Shown here piece after piece: positions 51,871 to 63,340 of a stretch of DNA of 64,000 bases. The first letter of the stretch is position 1. Each line of letters starts with the position of its first letter. Under the pieces are notes generated by a model. That model was not told where the DNA came from and searched no databases. It was given only the letters and a program-made list of their open reading frames with translations. This DNA comes from Callorhinchus milii (lineage: Eukaryota). The stretch is taken from positions 37,884,001 through 37,948,000 of the forward strand of contig NW_024704743.1 of assembly GCF_018977255.1 (NCBI RefSeq). Reading direction: 5' to 3'. The translations under genes and the position numbers were made by a program.

Positions 51871-52200
51871 GCCGGGCCGGGCCGGGCCGGGCCAGGCAGG
51901 GAGGGGCAGGGCCAGGGAGGGGCAGGGCCAGGCAGGGGGGGCCGGGCCAGGGAGGGGCAGGGCAGTGAGGGGCAGGGCCAGGCAGGGAGGGCCAGGCCAG
52001 GCAGGGGGGGCAGGGCAGGGAGGGGCAGCGCCAGGCAGGGAGGGCCAGGCCAGGGAGGGCCGGGCAGGGCCAGGCAGGGAGGGGCAGGCCAGGGAGGGCC
52101 GGGCAGGGCCAGGCAGGGAGGGGCAGGGCCAGGCCAGGCAGGGAGGGGCAGGGCCAGGCAGGGAGGGGCAGGGCCAGGCCAGGCAGGGCCGGGCAGGGCT
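51871..52200. repeat. G-rich pentamer-based repeat (GGGCA/GGCCA/GGGCC/GGGAG)
   Basis: About 330 nt of degenerate GGGCA/GGCCA units with almost no T on the + strand. Confidence 0.95.
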
Positions 52201-52470
52201 GGGAGGTGGTCGCGGGCTCTTGCCTTGGATTGTGTGGCTGGGTCACGGTTCCGCACACGGCTGTGGGGTCGGTTGTGTTCGTTCTGTACCGCTTTACCGA
52301 ATACATCACCGTGTGACTATTTATAATAGTCTGGGAAAATAATAATAATCATAATGTCACTCGCGGCGCCCGATACCGTCGAAACAGTTGCAAAGCACTT
52401 TGCAGTTCATTTGGTTGTCAAGTAAGCATGTAGCATCCACTTTAGCACACTGCCAGGTACTGCACCACAA

Positions 52471-52790
52471 ACAACAACAACAACAAAATTACATTTGTAA
52501 AGCGCCTTTCACGTCGGGAGGACGTTCCCAAGGCGCTTGGACGGACAGAGTTACGGACACGAGCTGAGGGTCCGGGTTGGGGGGAAACAGGGACATCGAA
52601 AGCACGGTCAAAGAGGAAGGTTTTGAGGTGGGTCTTGAAGGTGGCGAGGGAGGGGGCGAGGCAGAGGGACTGCGCAGAGTGGCGGAGGGACTGCGCAGAG
52701 TGGCGGAGGGACTGCGCAGAGTGGCGGAGGGACTGCGCAGAGTGGCGGAAGGCCTGCCCGCCGATACTGGGGTGAGCAAGGCGGATTAGT
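52471..52790 (-). mobile_element. L2 LINE 3' end containing a 21-bp x4 tandem expansion (also duplicated near 63611-63925)
   Basis: (CAA)n tail and stem-loop; GAGGGACTGCGCAGAGTGGCG repeated four times at about 52664-52748. Confidence 0.88.
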
Positions 52791-54677
52791 GCAAAATGAG
52801 GGCAAACAGCCTAGACTGACACTGTTGGTAAGCACTCTGGCCTCTTAGGCACAAGTCCACTTTTTGGTCAGGTAGATACCAAACATACATAGAAACCCAT
52901 CACATTGTCTCCTCCCTTCCAGCTCTGTCCTCCTCAACCTCCCTGGCCTCTCTCTCAATCTCTGAACCTGTGCACAACATTGGCATCCAGTTCAATCCCC
53001 AGCTTTCCTTTCTCACATCCAGTCCCTCAACAAGATTGCCATTCTTCACCTCCACCACATTGCCTGCCTCCGTCTTGTCACTATCTCACACCTAATGTTG
53101 CTGTAGCACTCCCATTTAGACTTTTCCAACATAAGCTGCGACTCATCCAAAACTACTGTTTGCAACCTCACCCACCCCAAACTCCACACGACCAGCAATC
53201 CAGTCCTCATCAGTCTTTTGGTTCCCAGCAGATCCATTTCAAGGTCCTCACCTACAAATCTGTGTATTCCTGGCACATCTTTTATATCTCTTGACAAGTT
53301 TCCACTTGTCAGATACCCAGCTGACCCAAAAAAAGGGGATTTAAAGATAAATTAAAAAGGGGGCAAGCCTGAAGGATTGAGGCAGGGAGCTTGGGGCATA
53401 GTAGCTGAAAGCACAACCATTGATGGTGGCCAATGTTAGATAAACGATGGGAGGGGGGAGGCAGAGGAGTGGGGTATGAGCAGATCGGAAAAGTAGGGAT
53501 GTTCTAGGGCTTGAAGGGGTTTGTACTTGAGGGTGAGGATCTTGAAATCGATCCTTTCAGAGACAGTAGAGCCGAGCAAAGATTGGGGGTGATGGGCTTG
53601 GTTTAGATACTCTTAAGCATAGCGATGACTTTCTACATGTCAGACATTCGAACAATCCCAAAACAACTATTTTATACTGTGGTTGGGTGGGTGGATCTAA
53701 ATTGGGGAGAGACTCATACAGGAATAGTGGTAGAGAAGATGGGAAGCAAGGTCACATTCCAACACCTTCGACAGGGGGGTAGGTTGGAGTAGCAGCATAA
53801 TATGGGCAATTTTGAGAGAATATTTACTGAAATTTCTGATTTGAGATTTCACATCTAGATGAAGATAAATATTGAAAATACTTCTTGTACAATTCTAATA
53901 TTTCTTATTTCACAACCCAAACATTGGATTGGTAATCCTAATTTGACCAATATTTTGAAATATGGAAACAAGTTTTAATATTTAAAACGCATTTTCACTT
54001 TAATTATATAAAAGAAATACATTTTGCCTAGAAAATGACACTTTACAGTATATCCTGTGAAGGAGTTAGAGATGCCCTTCCGACATGAAACGTTCCATAT
54101 CAAATGTAAGGATTATTATACAATGTAGTATTTGTAAATGCTTTTTGCGCTGTTGATTATGTTTTGTGTCGGAACTTTGTCATTTGCAGACTTGGTCCCG
54201 CTCGGACATCCTAGGATATGCACTGCAAAAGTTCAATCTCTCTTTACAGCCTTTAGTATCCCGGTAATGGTTCCGCATTTAGTTTGAAAGCAGCAAAGTT
54301 CACAATTGGCTTTATTCAGTTTTACCTTTTGTTTATTTCTTCTCATAATAAGGCCGGAGAGTCCACACGTTTTGAGAGAAAGGAGGAATAATTATAGCTA
54401 GTTAATAAATATAAATAAAATGTATTTTATTTTCATTGGGGGGGGGTGGAAGGAAAGAAGTTGCACATATTTCCCTTCAAAAGCAACTTAAAACGAAGAG
54501 GCGGATGAAGACAGAGAAAAAAACCTGAAGAAAGTTGCAACTTCAGCTCTGTCTGCCTGATTCTAAAAAGGTGCGTTTGAATTGCAAGTGTGCAGAGTTG
54601 TTTATACTCACTTGTGTGTGATTTTGTGTGTTTTAGGTCTGAAACTGCGCTCTAGAGACACAGCCTCACACAAAGCA

Positions 54678-56090
54678 GTGGGCTGGGGGTGTGGCTGTGA
54701 GCTGGGGGGGTGTGGCTGTGAGCTGGAGGGGGGTGTGGCTATGAGCTGGGGGGTGTGGCTGTGAGCTGGGGGTGTGGCTGTGAGCTGGGGGGGTGTGGCT
54801 GTGGGGAGGGGTGTGGCTGTGAAGGGTGTGGCTGTGGGGAGGGGTGTGCTGTGGGAGGGTGTGGCTGTGGGAGGGTGTGGCTGTGGGGGAGGTGTGTGGT
54901 GCGGGGGGGTGGCTGGAGCTGTGGGGGGGTGTGGCTGTGGGGGGGTGCTGGCTGGGGGGGGGTGTGGCTGTGGGGGGGGGTGGTGGCTGTGGCGGGGGGG
55001 TGTGGCTGTGAGCGGGGGGGGGTGTGGCTGTGGGGAGGTGTGGCTGTGAGCTGGGGGGTGGCTGTGGGGGGGGGTGTGGCTGTGGGGAGGGTGTGGCTGT
55101 GGGGGAGGGTGCTGTGGTTGGCTGTGGGGAGGGGTGTGGCTGTGGAGGGGTGTGGCTGTGGGGAGGGGTGTGGCTGTGGGAGGGGGTGTGGCTGTGGGGA
55201 GGGGTGTGGCTGTGGGAGAGGGGTGTGGCTGTGGGGGAGGGGTGTGCCTGTGGGAGGGGGTGTGGCCGTGGAGGGGGTGTGGCCGTGGGGGGGGTGTGGC
55301 TGTGAGGGGGTGTGGCTGTGGGGGAGGGGTGTGGCTGTGGGGGGGGTGGCTGTGAGCTGGGGGGTGTGGCTGTGGGGGGGTGTGGCTGTGAGGGGTGTGG
55401 CTGTGGGGGAGGGGTGTGCTGTGGAGGGGGTGTGGCTGTGAGGGGGGTGTGGCTGTGGGGAGGTGTGGCTGTGAGGGGGTGTGGCTGTGAGGGGTGTGGC
55501 TGTGGGGGTGTGGCTGTGGGGGAGGGGTGTGGCTGTGAGGGGGCTGTGAGGAGGTACTGTGAGGGGGTGTGGCTGTGAGGGGTGGCTGTGAGGGGGTGTG
55601 GCTGTGAGGGGGTGTGGCTGTGGGAGGGGGTGTGGCCGTGGAAGGGGTGTGGCTGTGGAGGGGGTGTGGCTGTGGAGGGGGTGTGGCTGTGGAGGGGGTG
55701 TGGCTGTGGAGGGGGTGTGGCTGTGAGGGAGGGGTGTGGCTGTGAGGGGGTGTGGCTGTGGGGGAGGGGGTGTGGTGGCTGTGAGGGGGTGTGGCTGTGG
55801 GGGGGAGTGTGGCTGTGAGGGGGTGTGGCTGTGGGGGGGTGTGGCTGTGAGGGGGTGTGGCTGTGGGGGAGGGGTGTGGCTGTGAGGGAGTGTGGCTGTG
55901 AGGGAGGGTGTGGCTGTGAGGGGGTGTGGCTGTGGGGGGGTGTGGCTGTGAGGGGGTGTGGCTGTGAGGGGGTGTGGCTGTGGGGGAGGGGTGTGGCTGT
56001 GAGGGGGTGTGGCTGTGGGGGGGTGTGGCTGTGGGGGAGAGGGTGTGGCTGTGGGGGAGGGGTGTGGCTGTGGAGGTTGTGGCTGTGGGG
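54678..56090. repeat. About 1.4-kb G/T-rich minisatellite (GGGTGTGGCTGTG core with variable G/A spacer)
   Basis: Dozens of TGTGGCTGTG cores separated by G-runs; source of the spurious long low-complexity ORFs. Confidence 0.97.
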
Positions 56091-56094
56091 CTTC

Positions 56095-56240
56095 CAGAGG
56101 GCCGTTGTCGTAAAGGAGCTGTGACGTGTGTGGATCCCTCTCGAGGCGCTGACGGGAAGCCCGCGCGCGCCCCTTCCCCCCCTCTCCGGACAGTGACGAG
56201 CGCGAGGTGAGCCCGGCTCTCGAGCCGCAATTTTCAAACG
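56095..56240 (+). promoter_or_regulatory. CpG-rich proximal region of HSCB
   Basis: The CpG island starts right after the G/T repeat and covers the whole HSCB ORF. TGACG half-CRE motifs, e.g. TGACGT at 56122-56127. Confidence 0.5.
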
Positions 56241-56990
56241 ATGCGGCTGGTAACGGCTTTGCGTGCGGCCCTGGCCCTCGCCTCTCCCCGCGTCTCTCGC
56301 CGGACCCGGGCCCTCCGCTCGGGGCCGCCCTGCAGCCGACTGCAGCGCCCCCGCTCGCTCGCCCTCCCACTGCTCAGGGCTCTCACGTCCGGCGGCCAAG
56401 CCGCGGGCACCGACTGTTGGCGCTGCGGGGCCCGTGCGGGGTCGAGCGGTCTCCCCTTCTTCTGCCGGCGTGCGGGGCCTTACAGCCCCCGGACGAGTCT
56501 CGGGACTGGTTCGCGCTGCTGGGCAGCGAGCGCTCCTTCCGCCTGGATCAGGCCCGGTTGCAGAAGGCCTACAAGGAGCTGCAGCGGCTCCTGCACCCGG
56601 ACAACTTCAGCCGCGGGGCCGAGGCGGAGCGGGACTACTCGCACGGCCACTCGGCGCTGGTCAGCGCGGCCTACCAGACCCTGTCGAGGCCGCTGTCGCG
56701 CGGCCTGTACCTGCTGGAGCTGGAGGGGGTGCGGGAGGGGGAAGGCGAGCGGGTCAGCGCCGCTTTCCTGGCCCACGTGCTGGAGCTGAACGAGCGGCTG
56801 GCCGAGGCCCGGGGCCAGGCCGAGGTGGGCCTGGTGGCCGAGCAGCTGGAGGCGAGCTGGGGCGGCTGGCGGAGAGCGTGGCGCAGGCTTTCGACGGCGG
56901 GAGGCTGGGGAGGCCGGGCGGCTCCTGTCCGAGATGAGATACCTCTCGAGCATCGAGGATAAGGTGAAGGAGAAGCTGTTCCCCTCCTGA
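56241..56990 (+). CDS. HSCB: Intronless HSCB/HSC20 mitochondrial Fe-S cluster co-chaperone, about 250 aa after correcting three 1-nt deletions
   Basis: Arg/Leu/Ala/Ser-rich presequence-like N-terminus; CWRC..FFC(P)AC zinc motif; J-domain LQRLLHPDNFS; AYQTLSRPLSRGLYLLEL; C-terminus EMRYLSSIEDKVKEKLFPS*. The frame shifts at about 56466 (CC), 56852 (GG) and 56908 (GGGG). ATG-to-TGA span is 750 nt. Confidence 0.9.
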
Positions 56991-57562
56991 CGGCTTCGGC
57001 CTCGAGACGCCACGGGGAGAAATCAGTTTCTGGGGTAAATATCCAACGTGTGTTTTGTTGGCGGAGAGAGTTGAGCCGCTGAAACTTATGCAAAGGACCT
57101 CGGACCTCGTTTCTCCCCCCACACACCGCCACTTGATCTGCGGGGAGTTTGGTTTGGTGTGGAGAGCCTCCGGGGTACATGGCTATCATCTGCCCTCCTG
57201 CCCACCACTGGCCATTGTGGGGGCTCAGAGTACTTAGGACCTTATTTTTATCCTAATTCAAATTGCTCTTTCCAGACTCGAGTTGGGAAGAGCCGAATCA
57301 ACAATGGTTATAAATTAATAATCCTCGCGTTTGATATGGTGCCCTATCACCTGGAACGATAGAAAAGTAAGTGCGGCTGCAATTTTTCTGCGGAATACGC
57401 TACACACCGGCCCCTCCGCTACAAACCTGGTGTTGAGAAGTCTCTTAAGCATTTCACAGGACACACTAAAGCGGGTGAAAGGTGGCAGCCAACTTGGGCA
57501 CAGCATTGACACACAAGCAGCCATGGAGTGGCTGTTTGTGGAATTAACTGATATGGTTGGCT

Positions 57563-57568
57563 ATTAAA
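57563..57568 (+). terminator. Candidate polyadenylation signal (ATTAAA) for HSCB
   Basis: ATTAAA about 570 nt after the stop, followed by GT-rich sequence. Confidence 0.3.
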
Positions 57569-57755
57569 TAATGTCGTGCTCAGTGTGTTCTTTGCAGCCT
57601 CGTATTTGTAAAAAAAAACCATACGTACTATTGCATTTCACAAAAAATTCTCAAGGAACAGTGAAGGCAGCAAAAAGGGCAAATTTACAAACAACACTTC
57701 AGTAATTCTTATTAATGTGATTCTTATGAAGTGATTAGTTTTCATTGAAAATTTC

Positions 57756-57780
57756 NNNNNNNNNNNNNNNNNNNNNNNNN
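57756..57780. other. Assembly gap (25 N)
   Basis: Run of N. Confidence 1.
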
Positions 57781-58326
57781 TTGATATCCAACTGTGTGGT
57801 TTGAGTCCTCATTAAGTGGATGGTAGGTACCAGGACCTCCCTGTGAGCTGGCCGGTGACAACACATTTCAGCATGAAATGCGTGAGAGCATTGTCATCAT
57901 CTTCCTCTCTGCAGCTCAGACACACGTCCCTTCTCTTGCCTTCCACCAGTTGGAGGCGGGGAGTTTAAGCCGCTGCTGCTTACCTCTCTGCAAGCCAAAC
58001 CAGGTGGATTCCGGACGCTGGCACACAGCAATATTCTACAATCAGTCATGAGTGATTGCCCAAATGTTTTAATCTGGGGAATTTTCCGGCGTGAACAGCA
58101 CTATATAAATGCAAATTGTTGTTGTTGGCCAGGACACCAGGAGAAACTCTCTACTCTTTGCTGGAAAGGACAATATGTGCACCAGACACTCTGCGACTCT
58201 TCCTCCCATCATGAACTCAAAAGTCCCAACGTGGGGCTTGAATCCACAAGAGTGCTACCAGTGAAGCTAGGCTGACTCTATACCATCATGTCTTCACTAT
58301 GTTCAAAATATAAAGCACCAACTTAC

Positions 58327-58496
58327 AGTTCTTCTCCTTTCCGGGCTTTCTTATCCAATACAAGGGAAACCATTCCAAAACTGCCTCTGCCGAGTCTTTC
58401 CTTAACCAGATATCTTCTTGCAATCAATGGTTCAGTGCAGACAATTCCTGCTGAAGCGCCTGTGATGCATTTTATTGCTTCTCGAAATTTAGGCAT
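58327..58496 (-). CDS. NEK11: Second copy of NEK11 first coding exon, inside the duplicated block (probably allelic)
   Basis: Same exon sequence and splice sites as 47173-47342 at offset +11154. Confidence 0.8.
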
Positions 58497-61400
58497 TTTT
58501 GTTTTCTCCAGAAGGAGAGAACTGACCGGTTCCTTCCAGAAAGAATTTTTACCCGCAGAAACGGGACTACCAAATGTCCATTAAAATAAAGCGTTGGCTG
58601 TGTTTCCAATAGTGTATTCGAGGCCCTAAAACAAACAGAAAATTATTATATTGTTAGTTTTAATGTAACATTACAAAAGCTATTGATCCAATAGTAATTA
58701 CAGCTTGCAGTAGAAAACCATGAACAGTAAACAACAACTTGCCCTTCACAAGGGGCAGCGTTTCAGAGCACTTAACAGTGCCAGATCCTGACGCAGGACC
58801 AGGCGGAGTGAGAAGGTACGTAAGCATGGTCAAAGAGGAAGGTCTTCAGTAGTGATCTAAAGGAGGGGGAAGAAGGGGGAAAGGTGGAGGGATTGAGGGA
58901 GAGTTCCAAAGCTTCAGGGTATAGTGGCTGAAAGCTCCATATAGTAATCAGAGAATCTGCATTTTTTTTTCCTGAATGAACAAGACTTACAAGCAATGAA
59001 GCTTCACTTTAGCTATAATGCTGTGAAATGAAACAAATATTCCATTAGCTTGTGTAGACACTTAGGGTGTGTTTCCCCTGGTAGGAGATCTATAACCAGG
59101 GGTCACAGTCTAAAATAAGGGTCAGCCTCTTAGAAACTGACTGAAAAACTGAAATTCACTACCCAGAAGGCTGTAAATGCTCAGTCTTGAACATCTTCAA
59201 GGCTGAGATTGATAGATTTTTAAAAATAGAGGATTAGGGGATATGGGCATAGGCAGGTAATTAGAGTTGGGTCTGAAGATCAGCCATGATCTTATCGAAT
59301 GGCGGGGCAGGCTCGAGGGCCGAATGGCCTACTCCTGCTCCTAATTCTTATGTTTTTATGTGCAGTACTATATTTTGACTGAGACACAACTCTATCTGAG
59401 ATGTGAGTTTAACTTACTGTTTAGGAGTGGATTTGGTCCTGTATCCTCCAGCTTTTTTTTTATGTTCAGCACGGTGAACAATCACAAAGACAGTGGCTAA
59501 TCATTAAAGGTATATAAGTCAGCATTAGTTAATGGATGCTTATGCAGGAAGGTGCAGAATGTGCAACACAAAGATATTGGGAAAGACTTCCATTTTCATT
59601 TTATAATCAGTGGGTGGTTTATTAAAGGGAAATCGAAAGAGATATTTGGACAGCTCTGACATAAAGGTTAAATGCTTTACTTCAAAGAGGTTCCAGAATA
59701 GCATTAGTGTCATTGATTGAAAAGGTCTCTTAATTAGCAGTTCTGGGTTAAATGTGCATGATAGTTTCCAAGGTAACCGTGCCATGTTAAACGCTGAAAT
59801 AAAGGTGATGTTTAACTTCAGAACAGCTGTGCAGATGCAATATGGATACCAGAGAGCTCAGTGCCAATTGCCAGAGCATGAGTTACTATGGTTACAGGTG
59901 ACGCTCCCCAATACAGTAATGAGACTATGAAAATGTTCCGCAAATACCAGAAGCTAATGGAAAACTAGTTCTGGTCCAATGTTATTTCATGCACATCGAA
60001 TGAGATAGCATTGATCACATAATAATAAAAATAATCCTTGCATTTGATATAGCGCCTCATCACGTCTTTGAGACGTCTCAAAGCGCTTCACAGGCCAATT
60101 GCAATCACCACTGCAAAGTGAATTGACTGCATATTTTGTGGCATTATTAGCTATATATGTTTTTACACACAGTTTCTGATTTATTTAAAGATTGAAAACA
60201 TAATCATTTAGAACCTAATATTACAGTTCATAAGATATTCAGGAACCACTCCAGTGATTGTGTCTTTTTCTTTCGTACAGAATGCATTCAACTCTTCAGC
60301 CAAAGTGACCAGTATACATCATACAATACAAAAATTTACATTTGTATAGCGCCTTTCATTCTCTGGAGGGTGTCCCAAGGCACTGGACAGTCATATATTA
60401 GCCCTGAGAGCAAGTATTGGCAGGCAAATGAGCCATTGCTAAAAGTGTTGTGGTGCTTCTGTTTGCAGGTGGTTTTGTGCTGTTGGTGGACTCACCTGGT
60501 CATCTCGTGGCTGCACTCAGTGCACCTACTTTGGGCCACTTAGCAAGATATGGTATTATGGCTCTGCATGGCTTGAGAGTGGGATCTCAAAGGTATTCAC
60601 TGCAAGATACAAGGGCATCCACTCCAATGCACCAGTATCTGGGGCTGTAGTGGACCCATCATTTCCTTGGATATTGTCCTTCAGGACTGCACTGCGTTGA
60701 GAAGGGACAAAGGGCACTCTGGTTGTTCTTATCTATCTTCAGTGGTAGATGAGTCCCAGTGCAGGTTAATCTTGTGCTGGGATGACAGCTATTGGAAAGC
60801 GGTCCACAATACTCAGTCAGCCCGGTTCAATTAGTTGCACCTCACCTCTGAGTCAGAAGGTTGTGGGTTCAAGCCAGGCATCAGGACTTTAAACTCACAA
60901 CGTCTAGGCAGGGTGATATTCCAATGTATTGCTGGGGCAATTCTGCATTGTCAGAGATGCCATTCGTCAGATGAGATGTTAAACCAAAGTCCTGTCTTTC
61001 TGTTCAGGTGGGCATTAAAGATCAATCGAAACTTCCCAAAAAAGGGAGGTTCTCTTAAGTATCCTAGCTAAAACCAAAGAAGTGATCTTGGTTAAGTGAA
61101 CAGGTCACATGCACAATTTGGAGAGAAGATTGAAACCTTTTGGTATTCAAAATTTATGAACAGAGAAACTTGTGTTGCAGTTTATGCCGCAACACAGTTC
61201 CCTCACCAGCACCGCTTTTTTCCACCTCCGACAAAACTCCGCTCCCCGATCACCCGAGTCCCAGTCCTTGCCAGACTGCACTGGCTGCCTATCCCAGAGA
61301 GGATCGATTTCAAGATCCTCACCCTTGTATTCAATTCCCTTCACTCCTCTGCACCCCCCTCCTCTCTGAACTCCTCTCTCCTCAAAACAGTACTCGTTGC

Positions 61401-62382
61401 CCTCGTTCCTCCGGGTCTGGCCTCCTCCTCGTCCCCCGAGTCCTTCGCTCCACCCTCGGTGGCTGTGCCTTCAGCCATTATGCCCCGAGTACTCTGGAAC
61501 TGCCTTCCTCACTCCCTTTGCCTCGCTCCCTCTCTTCCTATTTTCAGGTCTCTGCTGAAGACCTTTCTGTTCGACCGTGCCTTCAGTCACCTTCCCCCCC
61601 TCCCCCTGGCTCGGCCCCGGGATCCGTTACTGTGAAGCGCTCTGAGACGCCGTCCGGCGTGGGGGGGCGCTATATAAATCCAAGTTGTTGTTGTTGTATG
61701 CCACTTATCGAATAACTAGACAACTGGCACTATTATGCTACTGCATACTTGTGCTGTACATTAGCAAATAATAATCCTGGCATTTGATGAATGTGCCCCT
61801 GCAGAACTTGATATACCCAAAAAATCTTCAAAATCATGTTTTATTTAGCATATCTTTCAACATACCAATAATCATTGAGCTTAATAATTAGTTTGTTTAT
61901 GTGAGAACATCTTGGTTCTCTGCAGTTAGTCTTTCTGGCAGAAGCATCATTTATTCCGACGACTTGAAACCACACAAACTTTTCTGCCTTTCTAAAAAAC
62001 TTTACCTGCCCCAACCGCAGCGCTTTGGTGGAGAGAATACAAGAAAAGATCATTTCACAATAAATACAGCAAATGCATCTTCCAGTGACGCAGCGAAACA
62101 AGGAAACAATTCCAACAGTTGTTTACTTTAGAAATACCCCAAATAGCGAGGATCAACATCTTATAACAAGAACAAAGCATCCACCCCACTGCGTGGCTGT
62201 ACAAAGCGAGGCTTGTGTGAATGTTACATAGACCTCGAGGGGGAAGCGAGACACACAGCTACTGAATAGGTGAGTTGAAAGTGGAGTTGAAAGCTCCTAC
62301 AAGATATCTTGCTGCTCACCTGCCGAGGTAATAGCAGGCAGGTGCCCTGAGGAGAGGCTGTGTAGTGTATAGTGGCTGTGTA

Positions 62383-62846
62383 GTCACTGGGAGCTGCTGT
62401 GGGGAGGCTGCGCAGTGGGTCACTGGGAGCTGCTGTGGAGAGGCTGCGCAGTGGGTCACTGGGAGCTGCTCTGGAGAGGCTGCGCAGTGGGTCACTGGGA
62501 ACTGCTGTGGAGAGGCTGCGCAGTGGGTCACTGGGAGCTGCTGTGGGGAGGCTGTGTAGTCACTGGGAGCTGCTCTGGAGAGGCTGCGCAGTGGGTCACT
62601 GGGAGCTGCTCTGGAGAGGCTGCGCAGTGGGTCACTGGGAGCTGCTCTGGAGAGGCTGCGCAGTGGGTCACTGGGAACTGCTGTGGGGAGGCTGCGCAGT
62701 GGGTCACTGGGAGCTGCTGTGGGGAGGCTGCGCAGTGGGTCACTGGGAGCTGCTCTGGAGAGGCTGCGCAGTGGGTCACTGGGAGCTGCTGTGGAGAGGC
62801 TGCGCAGTAGGTCACTGGGAGCTGCTCTGGAGAGGCTGCGCAGTGG
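62383..62846. repeat. 36-bp minisatellite, second copy, 13 units
   Basis: Same unit as 51233-51697 with a different internal variant order. Confidence 0.97.
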
Positions 62847-63020
62847 CCGCTGCGCGCGGACCAGCACAGCGTTCGCTCCGTCTCTCCGCGACGGCGCGGG
62901 GCATGCCGGGAGAGCTCGCCGCCAGCCTCGGGGCCGTGCGGCTTCACCGTGACGTCACTGCCATGGCGGCCGCCGGCTGAGGCCGAGACCCCCACAGCAG
63001 CCACAGAGCCAGAGGGTGAG
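62847..63020. promoter_or_regulatory. Duplicate copy of the CpG island/CRE
   Basis: TGACGTCA at 62950-62957; near-identical to 51697-51870. Confidence 0.65.
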
Positions 63021-63340
63021 GCCGGGCCGGGCCGGGCCAGGCAGGGAGGGGCAGGGCCAGGGAGGGGCAGGGCCAGGCAGGGGGGGCCGGGCCAGGGAGG
63101 GGCAGGGCAGTGAGGGGCAGGGCCAGGCAGGGAGGGGCAGGGCCAGGCCAGGGGGGGGCAGGGCAGTGAGGCGGGCCGGGCCAGGCAGGGAGGGCCAGGC
63201 CAGGGAGGGGCAGGGCCAGGCAGGGGGGGCAGGGCAGTGAGGGGCAGGGCCAGGCAGGGAGGGCCGGGCAGGGCCAGGCAGGGAGGGGCAGGGCCAGGCA
63301 GGGAGGGGCAGGGCCAGGCCAGGCAGGGCCGGGCAGGGCT
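63021..63340. repeat. G-rich pentamer-based repeat, second copy
   Basis: Same flanks as 51871-52200, different unit arrangement. Confidence 0.95.

Noticed and set aside
51070..52342. ORFs of 158-371 aa with 12-aa periodicity (and copies at 62316-63449)
   Set aside because: Products of the 36-bp and GGGCA repeats; frames differ between the two copies.
54608..56399. 540-577 aa Pro/His/Thr-rich ORFs on the minus strand and Gly/Val/Cys-rich ORFs on the plus strand
   Set aside because: Translations of the G/T minisatellite; open in several frames only because the unit lacks stop codons.
56480..57189. Antisense ORFs over HSCB
   Set aside because: Shadow ORFs caused by very high GC content; no recognisable motifs.
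52900..57755. ASTE1 coding exons expected from human synteny
   Set aside because: No ASTE1-like peptide was recognised inside the window; it may lie further right.
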